DNA of 56,387 bases from an uncultured Treponemataceae bacterium (GTDB lineage: Bacteria > Spirochaetota > Spirochaetia > Treponematales > UBA12059), in NCBI GenBank assembly GCA_964485395.1, contig CAZAJF010000012.1, positions 1 through 56,387 of the forward strand, read 5' to 3'. The position numbers and the translations under genes were made by a program. Position 1 is the stretch's first letter. The number at the start of each line of letters is the position of its first letter. The notes under the pieces were generated by a model, which searched no databases, was not told the origin of the DNA, and saw only the letters and a list, made by a program, of their open reading frames with translations. Positions 47,133 to 56,387 of the stretch are shown in pieces.

Positions 47133-48371
47133 TCAACACCCGAATCCGCTCGGCCCCGACGGGCAATCTCCGGCGAGTTTTCCCAACCGAATCCTGAAAA
47201 ATCGCCGCCGGCCGAGTTTCAGGCGCAACAGGCTTCCACCGGCCAAGACGATCCGCTCATTGGCCGACTCAAGCCTCACGCCGTTGATTTCCACCCCGCC
47301 TCCTTCGATGAGCCGGCGCAGCTCGCTTCGGGAAACCGCCGGATCGAGATGCGCAAGCAGGTCGAGCGCAGTCCAGGTCGCTTGCCAAAACTCCACGACC
47401 GGCGCGTCTTCGGGAAATTCCTTGCCGCCGATTATAGAGAGGAACCACGCGGCCTCTTTCGCCGCCGCTTGCTTTCCATGCAGCCTCGCGACGATGGCAC
47501 CGGCAAGCTGCAGCTTCGCGTCCCGTGGGTTGCAGCGATCCGCGGCCAAAGCCTCGGCGATCTCCGCCACCGCCGATGTCGGAAGCTGCGTGTACACCTC
47601 GAGCCATTGAACGATGAGATCATCCGGCAGCGACATGACCTTCCCGAACATGTCGCGGGGGCCATCGTCGAGCGACACGAAATTATTGAGGCTCTTCGAT
47701 TGCTTGCGCACTCCGTCCAGCCCCGGAGTTATGCGGGAAGTAATAATTACCTGAGGCTTCTGCCCCGACCGTTCCTGAAAGAATCTGCCCATTGATTCGT
47801 TGAACAGTTGATCCGAGCCCACGATGGTCAGGTCCGACCCGAGTTCCACGGAATCCCATCCCTGAAGCACCGGATAGACGAGTTCATGCGTGCGCACCTC
47901 GCCGCCGCCTTCCAGCCTGGAACGGAACATGTCGCGGGACAGCAGCTTGGCGACCGTCACCGAGCCGAGCAGCTCCAGGAAAACCGACAGCGGCTTCGCG
48001 TCCCACCAGGAAGCGTTGCGACGCACCTCGAACACCGAAGGATCGTCCGTTATAAGAATTTTACCCACTTGACGGATAAAGGACTCGGCGTCCCCCTCGA
48101 TATCGGCCCGCGTTCGCCGTTTCCTGGCATCGGTCCTTCCCGTCGGATCGCCTATCAATGTCGTAAAATCGCCGATGAGGAACTGGACCGAGTGTCCGCG
48201 CTCCTGCATCTCCCTCATCATCCATAGATTCACCGCGTGGCCCAGGTGCAGGAACGGCGCGGTGACGTCGGCCCCGAACTTAACCTTGAGCTTTCGCCCG
48301 GTTCCTAGAAGCGCGCGGAATTCCTCCATGCTTACTACGTCGTCCGTGGTCCGCGCGAACGCGTCGATCAA
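47133..48371 (-). CDS. tyrS: tyrosine--tRNA ligase (Thermus/TyrZ-type with C-terminal S4 domain)
   Basis: HIGH motif (FLHLGHAV), KMSKS-variant (KQSKSL) and a C-terminal S4 region. The N-terminus aligns with Thermus-type TyrRS. The ORF track starts at TTG 48371, which overlaps the stop of a 7-codon uORF. Confidence 0.85.
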   Translation of the reverse strand: MIDAFARTTDDVVSMEEFRALLGTGRKLKVKFGADVTAPFLHLGHAVNLWMMREMQERGHSVQFLIGDFTTLIGDPTGRTDARKRRTRADIEGDAESFIRQVGKILITDDPSVFEVRRNASWWDAKPLSVFLELLGSVTVAKLLSRDMFRSRLEGGGEVRTHELVYPVLQGWDSVELGSDLTIVGSDQLFNESMGRFFQERSGQKPQVIITSRITPGLDGVRKQSKSLNNFVSLDDGPRDMFGKVMSLPDDLIVQWLEVYTQLPTSAVAEIAEALAADRCNPRDAKLQLAGAIVARLHGKQAAAKEAAWFLSIIGGKEFPEDAPVVEFWQATWTALDLLAHLDPAVSRSELRRLIEGGGVEINGVRLESANERIVLAGGSLLRLKLGRRRFFRIRLGKLAGDCPSGPSGFGC

Positions 48372-48530
48372 GCCTTCGTTGCATACCCCATGTCGATACC
48401 TCCCATAAAAAAAAACGGCCCCCGATTTTTCGAGGGCCGGTACGTCACCATACGGTAAAGTTCCACTACTCCCGAAGCTTTGAGTAAAGTGAGTAGTAAT
48501 AATAATTCTTCCGCTTCAGGATGGTCATGG
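48372..48530 (-). promoter_or_regulatory. tyrS leader RNA, T-box riboswitch candidate
   Basis: A TTGACC-N17-TATATT promoter (minus strand, about 48562-48533) starts an approximately 150-nt leader. It holds UAC-containing stem-loops, a GGUGACGUACCGG sequence resembling the T-box GGUGGNACCGCG core, and the terminator above. Confidence 0.35.
48405..48440 (-). terminator. intrinsic terminator inside the tyrS 5' leader (attenuator)
   Basis: Minus strand reads cggccctcg-aaaaat-cgggggccg (9-bp stem) followed by U9. It sits 5 nt upstream of a GGGAGG SD and the uORF/tyrS start. Confidence 0.6.
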
Positions 48531-48646
48531 AGTAAATATACATTCATACCGGCGCCCGGTCAAGTATCCTCGCCTCCGCTTGTTTAAAAGGCTTCTAATA
48601 TTGTACAACAATGGGTATACAGTACTTATTTTCAGTGGAGGTTCAT

Positions 48647-49126
48647 ATGAGTTCCTGTCCTTGCGGTTCCGGCCGAGAGTTTTCCGCCTGCTGCCAACCC
48701 ATCATCAAAGGCATCGTCCCCGCCCCTACGGCCGAGGCGCTCATGCGCTCCCGCTACTCGGCCTACGCTACCGGCGCGGTGGAATACGTGATGAAAAGCT
48801 GCGTCAAGGATGAAAACATCGACGAAGACGCGACCCGACGCTGGAGCGAAGGCGCACGGTGGGAAAGCCTGTCGATTCTCCGCAGCGAGAAGGGCGGCGC
48901 ATCGGACAGCGAGGGCATCGTTGAATTCATAGCCCGCTACACCATGGACGGCATGAAGGATGAACATCACGAAACAGCCAAATTCACCAAGAAAGACGGT
49001 GAATGGCTCTATGAATCAGGCGATGTAAAACCTACCACGGTTGTTCGCGCCGCTCCTAAAGTAGGCAGGAACGATCCTTGCCCTTGCGGCAGCGGTAAAA
49101 AATACAAGCAATGCTGCGGAAAATAA
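48647..49126 (+). CDS. SEC-C motif protein (YchJ/UPF0225 family)
   Basis: N-terminal CPCGSG...CC and C-terminal [18 protein letters not shown] metal-binding motifs. Confidence 0.8.
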   Translation: MSSCPCGSGREFSACCQPIIKGIVPAPTAEALMRSRYSAYATGAVEYVMKSCVKDENIDEDATRRWSEGARWESLSILRSEKGGASDSEGIVEFIARYTMDGMKDEHHETAKFTKKDGEWLYESGDVKPTTVVRAAPKVGRNDPCPCGSGKKYKQCCGK

Positions 49127-49198
49127 GCGCCTTTCTTCTATATATATGATACTATCGGTTTGCCAGCGTAAATGCGATTACAGGGGAGCCGCTCCGCA

Positions 49199-51142
49199 AT
49201 GACAAAAACTTTATTGAAACTGAAATACTGTTTTTTCCTGCTGCTCATTTCGCTTCCATTGAGCGGACAGAGCCAAGGCCTGCTCTCCAATGTAATTCCA
49301 TTCGCGAAGGGACAAACCGTCCGCGTAGTATGCGACAATAATTACCCGCCGTATGCCTTTCTCGATAAAAGCGGAGAATTGCAGGGAATCGTCGTGGATC
49401 AGTGGCATGCCTGGGAATCCGTAACGGGCATGCGAGTGGATCTTAAAGGCATGGAATGGAGTCTCGCCCAGAAGGAGATGGCCGAAGGTCGGTCCGATGT
49501 CATCGACACCATCTTCAAGACACCCGTCCGAGAGGAAACTCTTTTATTTTCACAGCCGTACGCCACGCTCGAAGTACCCGTTTTCTTCCACGAGAGCATT
49601 TCAGGCATAGCCACCATCGGGGATTTGACCGGATTCAACATCGCGGTCAAAAAAGGGGATGCTTGCATCGACATACTGCTTTTCAATGGAATTGACACGC
49701 TCATTGAATATCCAAGCTACGAGGCGATCATAGCCGCGGCGGCCGCGGGCATAGAAAAAGTATTCTGCATCGACCAGGACCCCGCTCAGTATTATCTGGC
49801 CAAAGCCGGAATAAGCGCGCAATATCGCTTCGCCCTCAACCTCTATACAGGCTACTTCCATCGAGCCGTCCCCAAAAACAACCCTATCCTCATGCGGCAG
49901 ATAGATGCCGGATTCGCCCTGATCCCGGAGGCGGAATACAATAAGATAGACCAGCGCTGGCATGGCAAGGCTCTCAAGACGACCATAAATCCTAAACTTG
50001 TCATGGCCATCAGCCTTATCGCGGGAATCGTGCTTGCCATAGCCTTCGGAGCGATAATCATCGCAGGCATCCTGAAAAAAAAGGTTACGGAAAAGACGGC
50101 GGAACTCGCCAGCACGATCTCGGAGCTCAAGGAAAGCGAGGCAAAAACCAACGCGATCCTCGAAGCCCAACCCGACTTGCTGGTTGTGATGGATGGCACG
50201 TCGAAATTCCTCGAGATCATGGCGGTCAACAACCAACAAATCGCCGTAAAGCCGGAGAACCTCCTGGGCAAGACCATCGAGGAAATCTTCAATAATGAAA
50301 AACTAACGGAAGACAACAGGAAGGCCGTCCAGGCGGCTTTGCGCGAGGGCGGCGTGCATATCGTGGAATACTCTCTGCCTTACGCGGACGGCATCCATTA
50401 CTTCGAGTCCCGGATAGTCAGGCTCGACGACGCGAAGGTGCTGAGCATCGCGCGCGACGTAACGGCGGCCAGGACAAACGAGATAATCCTCCGGGGTTCC
50501 CTGCAGGAAAAGGAAGCCTTGCTGCGGGAAATCCACCATCGCGTTAAAAACAATTTACAAATAGTATCAAGCCTGCTCTCCCTGCAGGCGGGCAGGTTCC
50601 AGAACGAATTCGACCGCGACCTGTTCACGGAAAGCCAAAGCCGTATCAGGGCCATGGCCCAGGTCCACGAAAGGCTTTACAACTCCCGCGATTTCAGCTT
50701 CATCTCGGCCAAAGATTACGTCCATGATTTAATAAAGGAAATTTCTAACACCTGGTACAACGAGAGCCTGTATATCAATATCGAGATAGATACCGGAGAA
50801 ATATCCTTCGAGCTCGACAAGGCGGTCTCCATCGGGCTTATCCTGAACGAGCTGATAACCAACGCCTATAAGTACGCGTTTACGGACGGGCAGGACAACA
50901 CGCTCTGGATACACATAGAGCAAACCGTTAAAGAAGATTTAATATTAACTATCCGCGACAACGGCAAAGGCATGCCTTCGGGCTTCAATCCGGAAAAATC
51001 CGGCGGCATGGGCTTTACAATCATACGGGCCCTTTGCGACCAGCTGCATGCGACGATGAGCATGAACCCCTCGTCCGACGGCAAGCCCGTATCGGCGGGA
51101 ACGGAAATATCCATCAGCGTTCCGCACCATCATCAAGCCTGA
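49199..51142 (+). CDS. sensor histidine kinase with fused periplasmic SBP-like domain, TM, PAS, HisKA_2, HATPase_c
   Basis: Signal peptide (MTKTLLKLKYCFFLLLISLPLSG) and family-3 SBP-like periplasmic domain. TM (LVMAISLIAGIVLAIAFGAIIIAGI), PAS region, H-box EIHHRVKNNLQIVSSLLSLQ and ATPase motifs. Confidence 0.85.
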   Translation: MTKTLLKLKYCFFLLLISLPLSGQSQGLLSNVIPFAKGQTVRVVCDNNYPPYAFLDKSGELQGIVVDQWHAWESVTGMRVDLKGMEWSLAQKEMAEGRSDVIDTIFKTPVREETLLFSQPYATLEVPVFFHESISGIATIGDLTGFNIAVKKGDACIDILLFNGIDTLIEYPSYEAIIAAAAAGIEKVFCIDQDPAQYYLAKAGISAQYRFALNLYTGYFHRAVPKNNPILMRQIDAGFALIPEAEYNKIDQRWHGKALKTTINPKLVMAISLIAGIVLAIAFGAIIIAGILKKKVTEKTAELASTISELKESEAKTNAILEAQPDLLVVMDGTSKFLEIMAVNNQQIAVKPENLLGKTIEEIFNNEKLTEDNRKAVQAALREGGVHIVEYSLPYADGIHYFESRIVRLDDAKVLSIARDVTAARTNEIILRGSLQEKEALLREIHHRVKNNLQIVSSLLSLQAGRFQNEFDRDLFTESQSRIRAMAQVHERLYNSRDFSFISAKDYVHDLIKEISNTWYNESLYINIEIDTGEISFELDKAVSIGLILNELITNAYKYAFTDGQDNTLWIHIEQTVKEDLILTIRDNGKGMPSGFNPEKSGGMGFTIIRALCDQLHATMSMNPSSDGKPVSAGTEISISVPHHHQA

Positions 51143-51156
51143 TTCCCGATGCGAAC

Positions 51157-51201
51157 AAAAAAATCGGCCCGGAAAACCTTTGTTTTCCTGGCCGATTTTT
51201 A
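51157..51201. terminator. bidirectional rho-independent terminator between the kinase and HU genes
   Basis: A-run, then stem atcggcccggaaaac/gttttcctggccgat, then T-run. Confidence 0.65.
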
Positions 51202-51230
51202 TATAACGATCTTTTCCAGGACAGCGAGGG

Positions 51231-51719
51231 CTATTCGTTCTTGAGCTTCGCCTTAAGAATGGATTCCTTGAAAGATTTGTTGAAGTTGAACTTGGGTACC
51301 TTGGTTGCTTTCTTCGCGGCAATCTTGATGGCTTCGCCTGTCAGGGGATTCCTGCCCAATCGCGCCTTGGTTGCCGGCTTGATCTTCACGAAAAGCTTGC
51401 CCATGTTTCCTACCGGAACGCGCTCGCCCGCCATTACGCCGGACTCAACGAGGTGGAACACGCTGTCAAGAAGGTCTTTCGCGTCTTTTTTGCTGATGTC
51501 CCTGAGATCCGCTATGTACGTGGTCATTGAGGCGACGGTGAATTTTTCTGGTAAGGAAATCTTCTTGTCCTTCTTGGGCTCAACGGCTTTTTTTACGGCT
51601 TCTTTTTTTGCTGCGGGTTTGGCGCTCGCCTTTTTCACGGCAGCGGGTTTCTTGGCGGCGTCAACTTTTTTCGCTGCGCCTACTACGGTTTTTTTCTCGT
51701 CTTTCTTGATGGTGGCCAT
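51231..51719 (-). CDS. HU/IHF-family DNA-binding protein with lysine-rich N-terminal extension
   Basis: The C-terminal approximately 90 aa show the HU fold (FTVASMTTYIADLRD...GRNPLTGEAIKIAAKK). They are preceded by approximately 60 aa of K/A/P-rich repeats. AAGGA RBS. Confidence 0.8.
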   Translation of the reverse strand: MATIKKDEKKTVVGAAKKVDAAKKPAAVKKASAKPAAKKEAVKKAVEPKKDKKISLPEKFTVASMTTYIADLRDISKKDAKDLLDSVFHLVESGVMAGERVPVGNMGKLFVKIKPATKARLGRNPLTGEAIKIAAKKATKVPKFNFNKSFKESILKAKLKNE

Positions 51720-52048
51720 AGAATTTCCTTTCGCTTGTAAAGCTTTACTGCAATAATACGTGTATTTTTCATAATGAGCAAGCGAAGAATTTCAAAAACC
51801 CCATGTTTTCATTGAAAAAACGAGCTTTTTTCCATTTTGCCGAAACATTCCCCCGCGCAAAAGCCCCGCAGCAGGGCGCGCGCGCATTTTTAGCGACGGA
51901 GGCCGCAGCCCCGAAACCATTGGCCCGAGTCCCTCGGCGCGCCTGCCGGTCCTTTCCCGAGCCGTCGTAAAAATCGGCTTGCCGAGGCAGGCAAGCATGC
52001 CGTCCACGCCAACGGCATTATAAAAAATTGCAGGACGGCGGCACCCCG

Positions 52049-52795
52049 CTATTCCCGTTCATAGATGCTGCCTTCGGCGTTCCGGACTATAAAATGGTAA
52101 TCGACGAGACATCGGCGCAACAGCGCATGATCTTCGTTGACCCCTTGAAGCAGCGACCTTACCTGGGCGTCGCTGTATCGGACTCCCTTTTCAAAAAGCA
52201 GCGCGATCCTCCGAAGGGTTACCAGCTTGTGTTTTTCTTTTTGGGGAATCCTGACCAGGGAACCGTCCGGACGGAAATATTTAGCCTCTATCTCGGAAGC
52301 CTCATCTTGCGTGACGTCGATCCGGTCATCCCGCACGGGCATCGCGGGACCATAATCGATGAACTTTCGCCCATCCGACAATCTACCCTCAAGCATATTC
52401 ATCACGGCGAGGAAGACCCGCGCCTGCCCCGCCTTGATCCGCAAATTCCGCCGATGGGCGCGAACGGTTGACAGCGCCTTGTCACCTAGCGACTCCGCGA
52501 TCTCGATATCCGACTTACCGTTAAAAAGCCCGCGAATTACTTTTTCCTGGACCTCGCTCAGCCCGCTGGCGTCCTGGCCTAGCTGCAAAAGGCTTTCAAA
52601 TACTCCACCGTGCTTTTCTCCAAGATGAATCTTTACGGCGGTTTTAGCGTCGAAGTAATTCCCATCCTGACCGTACAGGCGGCCTTTCTCGAACCGCATA
52701 CCGCAAAAAATGCAGACTCTCGCCTTGTCGACGGGATCTTTCGACCAACCATGCTTCAAATCCCCGAAGCTTAGGGTTTCCGTTGTGCTATTCAT
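52049..52795 (-). CDS. LuxR-family HTH transcriptional regulator with additional N- and C-terminal domains
   Basis: Central LuxR-type HTH (EVQEKVIRGLFNGKSDIEIAESLGDKALSTVRAHRRNLRIK). N-terminal Cys/His cluster (CIFCGMRF...H) and an uncharacterized C-terminal domain. Confidence 0.65.
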   Translation of the reverse strand: MNSTTETLSFGDLKHGWSKDPVDKARVCIFCGMRFEKGRLYGQDGNYFDAKTAVKIHLGEKHGGVFESLLQLGQDASGLSEVQEKVIRGLFNGKSDIEIAESLGDKALSTVRAHRRNLRIKAGQARVFLAVMNMLEGRLSDGRKFIDYGPAMPVRDDRIDVTQDEASEIEAKYFRPDGSLVRIPQKEKHKLVTLRRIALLFEKGVRYSDAQVRSLLQGVNEDHALLRRCLVDYHFIVRNAEGSIYERE

Positions 52796-52946
52796 GGAAT
52801 AGCAGAATAAGAGTATTTTAAAAAAATGTCAACATATTATTTTTTTGATTATATATCAATAAACAAATATCCAAGTTGATTAATAAATATCAGATAACAT
52901 AAGATTTTTAGGTTATCGATCCTTGCCGCTCCCGGAATCTTATTTT

Positions 52947-52971
52947 AAAACCGTGGCGCCGCAGCGGTTTT
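52947..52971 (-). terminator. hairpin plus U-run downstream of the MFS gene
   Basis: Minus strand reads aaaaccgctgcggcgccacgg followed by ttttaaaata. Confidence 0.4.
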
Positions 52972-53009
52972 CATGCTAGCGACGGCACCACGTTCGATAC
53001 GATGTATTT

Positions 53010-54491
53010 CTAGTTTTTTATTTCTGCCAACTCTATGGGAGACAGTTTCTCTTTTTTCGCCAGCGATTTCATCACTGCTTTTTCATCATACATAAGGAAT
53101 AAAACAAGTCCGATCGCGCAGAAAACCGCGGCGATCACAGCGGTAAGGCGAACGCCGAAAGCTCCCGTCAAAGCCCCGCCGGATGCTACATCGGCCACGA
53201 CGATATCCGAAGAGGCGGTTGCCGAGGCGCCGATGAGAAGGAGGCTGGGTATCAGGAGTCCCGCTACGGTCTGGCCCAACTTGGACATGAACGTTCGTGC
53301 GCCGAAAAATATCCCGGCCTTGAAATTGCCCGTCTCGATACCGTCCGCCTCGGCGATGTCCGAGACGATGGCATTCTGCACTATCCCAAAAATCGCTAGG
53401 GGCACCGCGGCCATGATCGCCACGATCAAGCCCTGCACTTCCGGCGAGAACGGATACAGACCCAGGAAGGTCGCATAGACGAACGTGACGATGAACCAGC
53501 CGAAAGCAAGCACGAGCAGCTGTTTCTTGCCTACTTTCTTGGCTATCAGGTTGACCGGCACATAAAAAACGAATGACAGCAGGAACATGATCATCACGAG
53601 CGTGGAATTGTAGGTTTTGTTCATTTTGAGCAATACCGTCACATAATAGACCAGCACCGTATTTATGATCGTGATAGCTACCCAGTAGGCAAGGTCGGAA
53701 AGCGTAAAGCGCAGGAAGTTCCGGTTTTTAAACGCAGCGACGATCGATTTGAAGATAGAACCGGTGGATACGTTGGTTTCGCAATATTTTTTTTCATCGA
53801 TGAAGATTACGGGCAGCAGCATGAAAACGAAGGATACGACGGCGAAGAGCGTTACGACGGATTGGAACGCCTGCGCCGAGGGCATGCCGGCCTTTTCAAA
53901 CATGCTTTGAAACAATTCCACCTGCGAACCGACCATCGTGCCCAATGCCCAGGTAATCGATATGAACGTCGAAAGCTGCAAACGCTCGTCTGGTGAATGC
54001 CCGAGCTCGGGCAGAAGCGCGAAGAATGGCGTCACGTACATGGTCATGAACCAGTAGAAAAGGAAGACCGTTACGAACAGCCAGACGGTATTGAGCGCGG
54101 TGATTCCGGCGTTGGGCGGAAAGAACACCAACGCTGACAACGCTGCGAACGGCAGAACCGAAACCGCCAGGAAGGAACGGCGCTTGCCCAGTTTTGATTT
54201 TGAACGATCCGACAAGCCTGCGATAAGCGGATCGGTAATAGCGTCAAAGAGACGGCCCAAGGAAAACACGAGACCGATTATCGTCAGGCCGAATAAAACG
54301 ACGCCGCCGGAGCGTATGATCGGCAGCACATTATCCTGTACCACGAACGGCCCCATCTTAAGGCCTGGGGGCGGAAGGTAAAAATAAACCAGCTTTGAAC
54401 CTACGGCGAAGCTGGCCAGCGACCAGCCGAATTGGCCGAAGGCATACATCCATTTTTTCCAGAGGGGAAGAGTCTGCACGGAATTGGTCAT
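53010..54491 (-). CDS. MFS transporter (GPH/sugar-cation symporter-like)
   Basis: Twelve predicted TM segments. ATG at 54491 with AAAGGA RBS; the ORF track extends to TTG 54551. Confidence 0.8.
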   Translation of the reverse strand: MTNSVQTLPLWKKWMYAFGQFGWSLASFAVGSKLVYFYLPPPGLKMGPFVVQDNVLPIIRSGGVVLFGLTIIGLVFSLGRLFDAITDPLIAGLSDRSKSKLGKRRSFLAVSVLPFAALSALVFFPPNAGITALNTVWLFVTVFLFYWFMTMYVTPFFALLPELGHSPDERLQLSTFISITWALGTMVGSQVELFQSMFEKAGMPSAQAFQSVVTLFAVVSFVFMLLPVIFIDEKKYCETNVSTGSIFKSIVAAFKNRNFLRFTLSDLAYWVAITIINTVLVYYVTVLLKMNKTYNSTLVMIMFLLSFVFYVPVNLIAKKVGKKQLLVLAFGWFIVTFVYATFLGLYPFSPEVQGLIVAIMAAVPLAIFGIVQNAIVSDIAEADGIETGNFKAGIFFGARTFMSKLGQTVAGLLIPSLLLIGASATASSDIVVADVASGGALTGAFGVRLTAVIAAVFCAIGLVLFLMYDEKAVMKSLAKKEKLSPIELAEIKN

Positions 54492-54645
54492 CGAATATCC
54501 TTTCAATTGCGTTTGTTCAGCTAGTGTAGATGCAGAAAGCAAAGTTTGCAAACAAATTGTTAAAACCTTTTACAAATAAGGGAGTATTGCCGTGAAAGCA
54601 AAGGTACAGGCTATCTACCCCCTCCCCAAAAGACCGGATTTTCTA

Positions 54646-54651
54646 TATAAT
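54646..54651 (+). promoter_or_regulatory. TATAAT -10 box 7 nt upstream of the ettA ATG (possible leaderless transcript)
   Basis: The sequence tcTATATAATtggaatcATG has no SD. Confidence 0.3.
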
Positions 54652-54658
54652 TGGAATC

Positions 54659-56338
54659 ATGGCAACAGTAGACGACAAGAAAATTATTTATACCATGCAT
54701 CGGGTATCCAAGAAGCATGGAACGAAACAGGTCCTCAAGGACATATCGCTCAGCTATTTCTACGGCGCGAAGATCGGCGTCATCGGCCTTAACGGCTCGG
54801 GAAAGTCGAGCCTGCTCCGAATCCTTTCGGGCGCGGACACCGAAATCCTGGGCGAGACGAGCTGCGCGCCTGGCTATACTATCGGATTCCTGCAACAGGA
54901 ACCCCACATGGACGACGGCAAAACCGTCCGCCAGGTGGTTTCCGAAGGCGTCCAGGAGATAGTGGATCTGCTTGCGGAATTCGAAAAGGTAAGCGAGGCC
55001 TTCGGCGATCCTGACGCGGACTTCGACAAGCTGGCGACCCAGCAAGCCCAGCTGCAGGAGAAGATCGAAGCGGCCGACGGTTGGAACCTCGACGCCAGGC
55101 TTGACCTGGCCATGGAAGCCCTCCGATGCCCGCCTCCCGACGAAGCAGTGGACCATCTGTCCGGAGGCGAGCGCAGACGCGTGGCTCTCTGCAGGCTCCT
55201 GCTGCAAAAACCCGACATCCTGCTCCTGGACGAGCCCACCAACCATCTGGACGCGGAAACCGTTGCATGGCTCGAGCGTCACCTGCAGCAGTACGAAGGA
55301 ACCGTCATCGCGGTGACGCACGACAGGTACTTCCTGGACAACGTCGCCGGCTGGATTCTCGAGCTGGACCGCGGAGAAGGAATCCCGTGGAAAGGCAACT
55401 ATTCCAGCTGGCTCGAGCAGAAAGGCCAGCGCCTGGCCCTCGAGGAAAAAGGCGACAGCGCCAGGGCCAAGACGCTCGAGCGAGAGCTTGAATGGGTGCG
55501 CATGAGCGCCAAGGGTAGACACGCCAAGAGCAAGTCCCGCATCGAGCGCTACGAGAAGCTGCTTGCAGACGGCGAGCGCGAGAAAGTCCGAGAAACCAAG
55601 CTCGTGATCCCGCCGGGACCGCGCCTGGGCTCGGTGGTGATCGAGGCCAAGGCCATCGCGAAAGCCTTCGGTGATAAATTATTGTTCAACGACCTCAGCT
55701 TCACCGTTCCGCCCGGAGCCGTCGTAGGCATCGTCGGCCCCAACGGCGCGGGAAAGACCACGCTGTTCAAGCTGATAGCCGGCATGGAAAAACTCGACGG
55801 CGGTGAGCTCAAGCTCGGCGACACGGTCAAGCTGGCCTATGCCGATCAGATGCGCGCGGGACTGGACCCCGACAAGACCGTATGGGAGCAGCTTTCCGAC
55901 GGCCTGGATATAATCAAGCTGGGCGGCGGCAAGGAAGTTAACAGCCGCGCCTACTGCTCGTGGTTCAATTTCTCAGGCGGCGACCAGCAGAAAAAAGTGG
56001 GCGTGCTTTCGGGCGGCGAGCGAAACAGGCTCAACCTCGCGGTAATGCTCAAGGAAGGCGCCAACGTGATGATGCTTGACGAGCCCACCAACGACCTGGA
56101 CGTAAATACGCTGCGCGCCCTCGAGGAAGCCCTGGACGAGTTCGCCGGCTGCGCCTTGGTAGTAAGCCATGACCGCTGGTTCCTGGACCGCGTCTGCACG
56201 CACCTCCTTGCGTTCGAGGACGGCGAGGTGCTGTGGTACGACGGCAACTGGAGCGAGTACGCCGAATACCGCCGAGAAAAACTCGGCGGCGACGCCGACC
56301 GTCCGCACCGTTATGTTTACAGGAAACTCGAAAGATAG
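54659..56338 (+). CDS. ettA: ABC-F ATPase EttA (energy-dependent translational throttle)
   Basis: 559 aa with two NBDs (GLNGSGKSS and GPNGAGKTT; LSGGERRR and LSGGERNR) and an ABC-F linker. Length and N-terminus (KKIIYTMHRVSKKHG) match EttA/YjjK. Confidence 0.9.
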   Translation: MATVDDKKIIYTMHRVSKKHGTKQVLKDISLSYFYGAKIGVIGLNGSGKSSLLRILSGADTEILGETSCAPGYTIGFLQQEPHMDDGKTVRQVVSEGVQEIVDLLAEFEKVSEAFGDPDADFDKLATQQAQLQEKIEAADGWNLDARLDLAMEALRCPPPDEAVDHLSGGERRRVALCRLLLQKPDILLLDEPTNHLDAETVAWLERHLQQYEGTVIAVTHDRYFLDNVAGWILELDRGEGIPWKGNYSSWLEQKGQRLALEEKGDSARAKTLERELEWVRMSAKGRHAKSKSRIERYEKLLADGEREKVRETKLVIPPGPRLGSVVIEAKAIAKAFGDKLLFNDLSFTVPPGAVVGIVGPNGAGKTTLFKLIAGMEKLDGGELKLGDTVKLAYADQMRAGLDPDKTVWEQLSDGLDIIKLGGGKEVNSRAYCSWFNFSGGDQQKKVGVLSGGERNRLNLAVMLKEGANVMMLDEPTNDLDVNTLRALEEALDEFAGCALVVSHDRWFLDRVCTHLLAFEDGEVLWYDGNWSEYAEYRREKLGGDADRPHRYVYRKLER

Positions 56339-56387
56339 AATCAAGCCGCCGACTTCCCGCAATGCGCGGACGGTCGGCGTTCCGTAC

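Noticed and set aside
1-56387. CRISPR arrays, rRNA genes and intact IS or transposase genes
   Set aside because: None observed. There are no regularly spaced direct repeats with unique spacers and no transposase-like ORFs. The only mobile-element signature is the degraded tRNA-Thr island.

Overview
The window is about 56.4 kb of a roughly 60% GC bacterial chromosome. Lipoprotein, outer-membrane beta-barrel and Bat/MoxR genes suggest a diderm organism; the lineage cannot be determined from sequence alone. Coding density is high and mostly housekeeping, with one clearly accessory stretch.

Left to right, the window contains:
- a recO, pyrimidine-nucleoside phosphorylase, recJ string on the minus strand, where recJ is truncated at an anomalous junction near position 190;
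- a double-transmembrane (TM) GIDE-like membrane protein and a hotdog thioesterase;
- a lipoprotein substrate-binding protein (SBP) plus HisKA_2 sensor histidine kinase operon;
- an RNA-methylase-like methyltransferase, an OMP-like beta-barrel, a PHP phosphatase, DksA/TraR, infA and an Smr protein;
- an approximately 7.4 kb Bat/aerotolerance-type operon (MoxR ATPase, DUF58, membrane protein, VWA, VWA-TPR, BatD-like);
- a lower-GC block (19.2-27.35 kb) with a GNAT acetyltransferase, an amidohydrolase, two tandem cNMP-binding proteins (one a Crp/Fnr regulator), and tRNA-Thr(CGU) followed by a degraded integrative element; the element carries an N-terminal integrase fragment joined tail-to-tail to a truncated AbiEii toxin, an intact AbiEi antitoxin with an operator-like palindrome, and direct repeats of the tRNA 3' end; beyond it lie a strong terminator and an AT-rich decayed region holding an FGE-sulfatase-family pseudogene;
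- a histone-H1-like lysine-rich protein, a radical-SAM plus heterodimeric ABC exporter operon, rsmH, a nitroreductase, a large secreted ankyrin-repeat protein, a THUMP methyltransferase, a 7TM HD-GYP protein, a rhodanese, a second PHP protein, a flotillin, DUF2804, an amidase and an uncharacterized protein;
- tyrS with an attenuator-type leader (T-box candidate), a SEC-C protein, a second SBP-fused HisKA_2 kinase, HU with a lysine-rich N-terminal extension, a LuxR-type regulator, an MFS transporter and ettA.

No CRISPR array, rRNA or intact mobile element was seen. I did not recognise a clear-cut novel multi-gene system. The most unusual loci are the tRNA-Thr island remnants, the tyrS leader and start-codon arrangement, the recJ breakpoint and the rSAM-ABC operon.
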